This document shows positions 51,727 through 58,923 of a stretch of DNA of 64,000 bases, piece after piece; the stretch's first letter is position 1, and each line of letters begins with the position of its first letter. The stretch is from Octopus sinensis (lineage: Eukaryota). The notes beneath the pieces were generated by a model that did no database searches, was not told the origin of the DNA, and saw only the letters and a list, made by a program, of their open reading frames with translations. Location: the NCBI RefSeq assembly GCF_006345805.1, contig NW_021836300.1, forward strand, positions 3,718-67,717, given 5' to 3'. The translations under genes were made by a program, and so were the position numbers.

Positions 51727-54700
51727 ATTATATATATTTATATATATATATATATAATATATATATATAATATATATATATATTATATATATATATAATA
51801 TATATATACTATATATATATATATATATATATACATATATATATAAAGTGATCAAATAAGTACTAGGCTTAGAAAAATATAAGTCCCGGGGTTGATTTCT
51901 TTGACTAAAACTCTTTAAGACTGTGCTCCAGCGTGGCCGCATTCAAATGACTGAAACAAGAAAAGGAATAAAAGAATATGAAGAAAAGGTCTTACTTTTG
52001 GGGTCACAGAGGTAATTGCAGGCGTCTTTTGTTTTGAAAGAGTTGCGATTACTTAAGCAGTACCCTGGTGGTGCCTTTTGGCAAGTACCACTTGTCATGT
52101 TGTAGTACCATGATGGGCCGATGGCGTCACATATTACTGGGTTCTCAAGTAAAGAGCAAATATCCGTTGCTGAAATGGTAAGGAACACGGTTTGTTTTAG
52201 ATAAATGATAACACTAGTGTGTGTGTGTGTGTGTGCCTGTCTGTGTGTGTGTGTGTGTGTCTGTGTGTGTGTGTGTGTGCATGTCTGCGTGTGTGTGTGT
52301 CTGTGTGTGCGTGCGTGTGTGTGTCTGTGTGTGTGTGTGTGTGTGTCTGTGTGTGCGTGCATGTGTGTGTCTGTGTGTGTGTGTCTGTGTGTGTGTCTGT
52401 GTGCGTGTGTGTGTGTGTGTCTGTGTGTGTGTGTGTCTGTGTGTGTTTGTATTTATGTTGTTCCAGATATGACCATCGTTTCTGTTATTCAAGTTTACTC
52501 TGCCTTGGACAACATAAAGACCCCCTTCAGTCATCAGTGACCATGGTACGGCACCTAGAAAGCTCCCTCCGAGGCACAAGTCCAGGCAAGGTTGTTTATG
52601 GAAGACCAGATGTCACCCACGCATGCCAGCCTCCTCACTCCACGCCACCAATGTTATCCAAACGAAAGGTAAAGGCTGATACAGCTTGGCACCTGTGACA
52701 TCGCAACTCATTTCTACAGCTGAGCGAACTGGAGCGACGTGAAATGAAGTGTCTTGCTCAAGAACACAACACACAACCTGGTCTGGTAATACATACATAC
52801 ACACAGATACAGACACACACACATAAAGGGTACAAGGGTAAGGAGACCCTGTGGTGTCGGTGGAGAGGACGACAGATAGGGGAGGGCGGAAGTAGGGCTT
52901 GCAGGGCGCATGCGCGGCAGGAAGCGGAAGTGGTGAGGAACGACGCACGTGTGGCATCGACGAAGCGGGAGTTGCAGCTCACATGAAGAAGCGACGAGAC
53001 GCATTGACCTGGTTGAGCGAGATCTGATCTTCGCTGAGTTTTGGTAGACTAATCTTCGCCGAGGTAAGACCTAATTATATTTCCTTTCTCCTTTTCTGTT
53101 GCCCTCTTTCATCATTCACACCACAGACCCCTTTCTGTCGTGAAGGACTATGGGATTGCAGCTAAAAGGTTCCCCTCAGAGGTATGAGCCTGGGCAAGGT
53201 TGTTTATAGAATACCAGCAGTCACCCATGCATACCGTCCTCCTCTTCTCCATGCCACTGATGTTATCCAAGGGAAAGGCAAAGGGGCCAATACAGCTTGG
53301 CACCAGTGACGTCGCAACTCATTTCTACAGCTGAGTGAACTGGAGCAACATGAAATAAAGTGTCTTGCTCAAGAACATAACACACATCCTGGTCTGGTAA
53401 TACATACATACACACAGACACAGACACACACACAAATAAAGGGTAGAAGGGTAAGGACCCCTTTCTGTCATGAAGGACTATGGGATTGCAGCTAAAAAGT
53501 TCCCCTCAGAGGTATGAGCCTGGGCAAGGTTGTTTATAGAATACCAGCAGTCGCCCATGCATACCAGCCTCCTCTTCTCCACACCACTGATGTTATCCAA
53601 GGGAAAGGCAAAGGGGCCAATACAGCTTGGCACCAGTGACGTTGCAACTCATTTCTACAGCTGAGTGAACTGGAGCAACGTGAAATAAAGTGTCTTGCTC
53701 AAGAACATAACACACATCCTGGTCCAGGAATACATACATACATACATATATGTATATATATATATTCTGAGATCTCCTTCAGTCACAACACAGATCATGG
53801 GATTGCACCAAGAAAGTTACCCTCTCAGGCACAAGTCCAAGCAAGATTGTTTATGGAAGACCAGAGGTCATCCGTGCATACCGGCCTCCCCTCTCTGATG
53901 TTATCTAAGGGAAAGGCAAAGGGGCCGATACAGCTTGGCACCAGTGATGTCGCAACTCATTTCTACAGCTGAGTGAACTGGAGCAACATGAAATAAAATG
54001 TCTTGCTCAAGAACACAACATGCAGCCCAGTCCAGGAATCGAACTCACTACCTCATGATTATGAGCCTGACACTGGAACCACTAACCCATGCACCAACAA
54101 CAAAATAACAACAATATCAATAACAAGAACCAAAGAAATTGGTAAATAAAATCATCAGAAATCTTACGCTTCTCTTTCTTGGTCGGAACCGTGGGTTTAG
54201 CAAGGAATGGTTGGCATGCCTTCTGGCAGGTTTCCAAAGTAGCAAATCGGTTGGCGTTGCCTCCACATCCACCATAGGCGAATTCTTCACATTGTTTCGA
54301 TCCCATATTAAAGAACCACTGCTTGCTGTAGGCATAACATGTCCCTGAATCTTGCTTCAGTTGGCATATTCCTGTAGAATTACATAATAGTGACACGTTG
54401 TAGGGTGTGTGATTAAGGGTTGATGTAATCAACTAACTTTCTCATCCCAAGGGAGGCTCCTTAGAGTAACCCTTCCACTTGAGGAAGTGTCATTTGGGTA
54501 ACTCTTCCACCCAAGGGAGTGTTGTTAGGGAGTTGATATAACTGAATAAACTCTCTCATCCAAGGCAGTGTTATTAGGGTAAACCTTCAACCCAGAGGAT
54601 TGTTATTAGGGGTTGATATAATCAACTAACCCTCGCTCCCTGGAAAGGAATCCAGTTTCGGGTTTTGGGTTCATGGAAATGACTGTTCCTGAAACCCAAG

Positions 54701-57080
54701 GGAGCATCATTAGAGGGTTGATATGGTTGACAAACAAAAGACAAATATATATTGGGATATTAAGATGGTGTTTGGGACATCACAAGAGACAAATATATAT
54801 TGGAATATTAAGATGGTGTTTGTGACATCACAAAAGACAAATATATATTGGAATATTAAGATGGTGTTTGGGACATCACAAGAGACAAATATATATTGGA
54901 ATATTAAGATGGTGTTTGGGACATCACAAAAGACAAATATATATTGGGATATTAAGATGGTGTTTGGGACATCACAAAAGACAAATATATATTGGGATAT
55001 TAAGATGGTGTTTGGGACATCACAAGAGACAAATATATATTGGAATATTAAGATGGTGTTTGGGACATCACAAAAGACAAATATATATTGGGATATTAAG
55101 ATGGTGTTTGGGACATCACAAAAGACAAATATGTATTGGAATATTAAGATGGTGTTTGGGACATCACAAAAGACAAATATATATTGGGATATTAAGATGG
55201 TGTTTGGGACACCACAACAGACAGATAAACATTGGGATATTAAGATGGTGTTTGGGACATCACAAGAGACAAATATATATTGGGATATTAAGATGGTGTT
55301 TGGGACATCACAAAAGACAAATATATATTGGGATATTAAAATGGTGTTTGTGACATCACAAAAGACAAATATATATTGGGATATTAAGATGGTGTTTGGG
55401 ACATCACAAGAGACAAATATACATTGGGATATTAAGATGGTGTTTGGGACACCACAACAGACAGATAAACATTGGGATATTAAGATGGTGTTTGGGACAT
55501 CACAAGAGACAAATATACATTGGGATATTAAGATGGTGTTTGGGACACCACAACAGACAGATAAACATTGGGATATTAAGATGGTGTTTGGGACATCACA
55601 AGAGACAAATATATATTGGAATATTAAGATGGTGTTTGGGATATTAGAAAAGACAAATATATATTGGGACATCAAAATGGGATTTTAAACAATTAATTCT
55701 TACATAAAATTACAAGAGAATGTTTTAATTTAAGCACAAAGATATCAAAATGTGTCATTTGTGTATCACAGAACAAGAGGCAAATGTAGATGTTTGTATA
55801 TCAAGGTATGGAAGGGTTAAAAAGACACAAAAATCTTTCACAGTCAATATTTGTCATTACATCCATGGTTTATATTGCTAAACAGGATTACGTTCAGTTG
55901 GATTAGAATAGGGGGAGGGGATAATTAATGGATTATTGCAGGAGGATTATAAAATTGTTAGCACAAAATAGGATATCATATTTATGGGATTTGCATTCAA
56001 TATCCAATACAATCACGATATGTTATCACATTGCCATACACACAGACTAAAAAAAAAATGATAAGGGATTGGATGTTTTAATAAGAGGGATATGGTTATG
56101 TAACCAGAAGGGGCTGTATTAGATTTATATGGATGATATTAATCAGCTTTGTGGGATTAAATTTTCAAGGGTTATTTAAAGAAAATATCAGTGCAAAGAT
56201 ATCGAAGAAATCAAAGAAGAAAGAAATTGAAGTGCCATGAGTATCTGGCACCTGCACATCTTTTAAATATTATATTCCACCCAGTTAAGGGGTCTTGTCC
56301 TGTGAGGACTAGGTGACCTCACTAGGGCTGGTGCCATGAACAAACCACCCAGAGCACTATGTGAAGTGGGTTGGCATTAGAAAGGGCATCCGGCTGTAGA
56401 AACCATGTCAGGGCGGATGTTGTTGCAAAGCCCCCAGGCAGGTATGGTCCTTCTTGGAACAGCTAACCCATGCCAGCATGGAAAAAGGGACGTTAAATGA
56501 TGATGACAATGATTATGATGATGATGATGATGATGATGAGGGGGGGTGACTGGGTGGAATTAAAAAGTTTTGATAAATTAATTTGGATTACCTTTGTAAA
56601 TTACTTGCAAAAATAATTAAAACTTCGTATGTCATTACATGATGTGTGCAATTAATTTACAGTAAGGGAGCCAAAAACTGTTAGTATTGAGTAAGGAACA
56701 TACACACACACAAACCAATATATATATATACACATACACACACACACATATATATATATATACACAAACACATATATATACATATATATATATATTTCTT
56801 TACTACCCACAAGGGGCTACACACAGAGGGGACAAACAAGGACAGACAAGCGGATTAAGTCGATTATATCGACCCCAATGCGCAACTGGCACTTAATTTA
56901 TCGACCCCGAGAGGATGAAAGGCTAAGTCGACCTCGGCGGAATTTGAACCCAGGACGTAGCGGCAGACGAAATACGGCTACGCATTTCGCCCGGCGTGCT
57001 AACGATTCTACCAGCTCGCCGCCTATATACATATATACCTATATACATATATATATATCTATATACATGTATATAGTGTG

Positions 57081-57157
<77 letters not shown>

Positions 57158-57713
57158 CTGTAAATGTAGTATGTGACAATTATTCGGTAGCCATGATAAA
57201 ACTCCGTGTTTTGGATGCTGAGGTGGAAATCCATGCCGCCATCTCTTCAGTTATCCGGCTATGAAAAATGCTATGAAAAATGACTTAGCATTTTTCCGAT
57301 GGCCGGATAACTGAAGAGATGGTGTCGTGGATTTCCCTCTTAGCATTCGAAACACGGAGTTTTATCATGGCTACCGAATAATTGTCACATATTATATTTA
57401 CAGATAAATTCCTCTGTTACATAATATCGAGGTCTCTTTCATTCTTTTGTTGTCTTACCAGTTTTATCAATATATACATATATATATAAATGTATATATA
57501 CATATACCGGAGTAAGCACATAAATGTGAAACAGGGTGGAAAAAAGGGTACTCAAATACCAGGGGTAGAGTAGAGTAATATATTTAAAGCAGCAGAAAAT
57601 TCAACAAAACCTGTTACTCTGAGTTTCCCGTTCCCGTTTGTCGGACAGTCCGACGAACGGGAACGTGAAACTCAGAGTAACAGGTTTTGTTGAATTTTCT
57701 GCTGCTTTATAAA

Positions 57714-57755
<42 letters not shown>

Positions 57756-58305
57756 ACAAATAATAAATAAAACATATGCATATATACATACATATATGTA
57801 TGTACCTACATCTATATGTATATATACATGCATATATGGGTACAGGACACAAAAAAAACGCCGAACACAATGAGAAACGAAAACATAAACACAAAACCAT
57901 GGAAACAGGCATTTTTTTAAACAATGAGAAAACAGGGCACAAGACATACAACACAAGGAAAATTCCCCTTCAGCAGTCGCCTTTGTTTCATCTACTCCAT
58001 GTTTCGAAGGTAAAGGCGAGACACGACTTCGGTGAAACGGTCCTTCCCGCAAAGCAAATTAAATAAAATTTGAGATTTTTTGCGGTGGGGTAAAAACGGT
58101 AACAAAAACAGGACAACAAAAACAATACCAGGCAGTAAAAATACAAATAAAAACAGTAAACAACAGGACAAGTAGAATAACAGTAATACAATATATATAT
58201 AATATATACACACACTATATAAACATGTATATTATATATATATATATATATGTATACATATCTAATGTATATATTATATATATATATGTATATATATATT
58301 ATATG

Positions 58306-58337
<32 letters not shown>

Positions 58338-58400
58338 ATTAATATATATATATATATATATATATAATGTAAATATATATATATATGTATATATATATTT

Positions 58401-58473
<73 letters not shown>

Positions 58474-58612
58474 TATATATATATATATATATGTCTAATA
58501 TATATTATCTATATGTTATATATATATATATGTATATATTATAGATATGTTATATATATACATATATATATCTATATATATACTATATATATATATATAT
58601 ATATACAATATT

Positions 58613-58666
<54 letters not shown>

Positions 58667-58763
58667 CATATTATATATATATTATATCATAATATATAAC
58701 ATATATATATATATACATATATAATATACATATATATATATACATATATATTATATACATATC

Positions 58764-58798
<35 letters not shown>

Positions 58799-58870
58799 CT
58801 ATACATATATATATATATATATACATATATTATATATATAATATATATATAGATATATATATATATATAT

Positions 58871-58923
<53 letters not shown>

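Noticed and set aside
54710-55688. Two 321-aa ORFs on opposite strands as protein-coding genes
   Set aside because: Explained by a stop-free 48-bp tandem repeat; no splice or domain evidence.
17786-58692. Many YI/IY, HT/TH, CV, SL and FIH-rich ORFs in the track
   Set aside because: Translations of TA, CA, GA and GAAT microsatellites.
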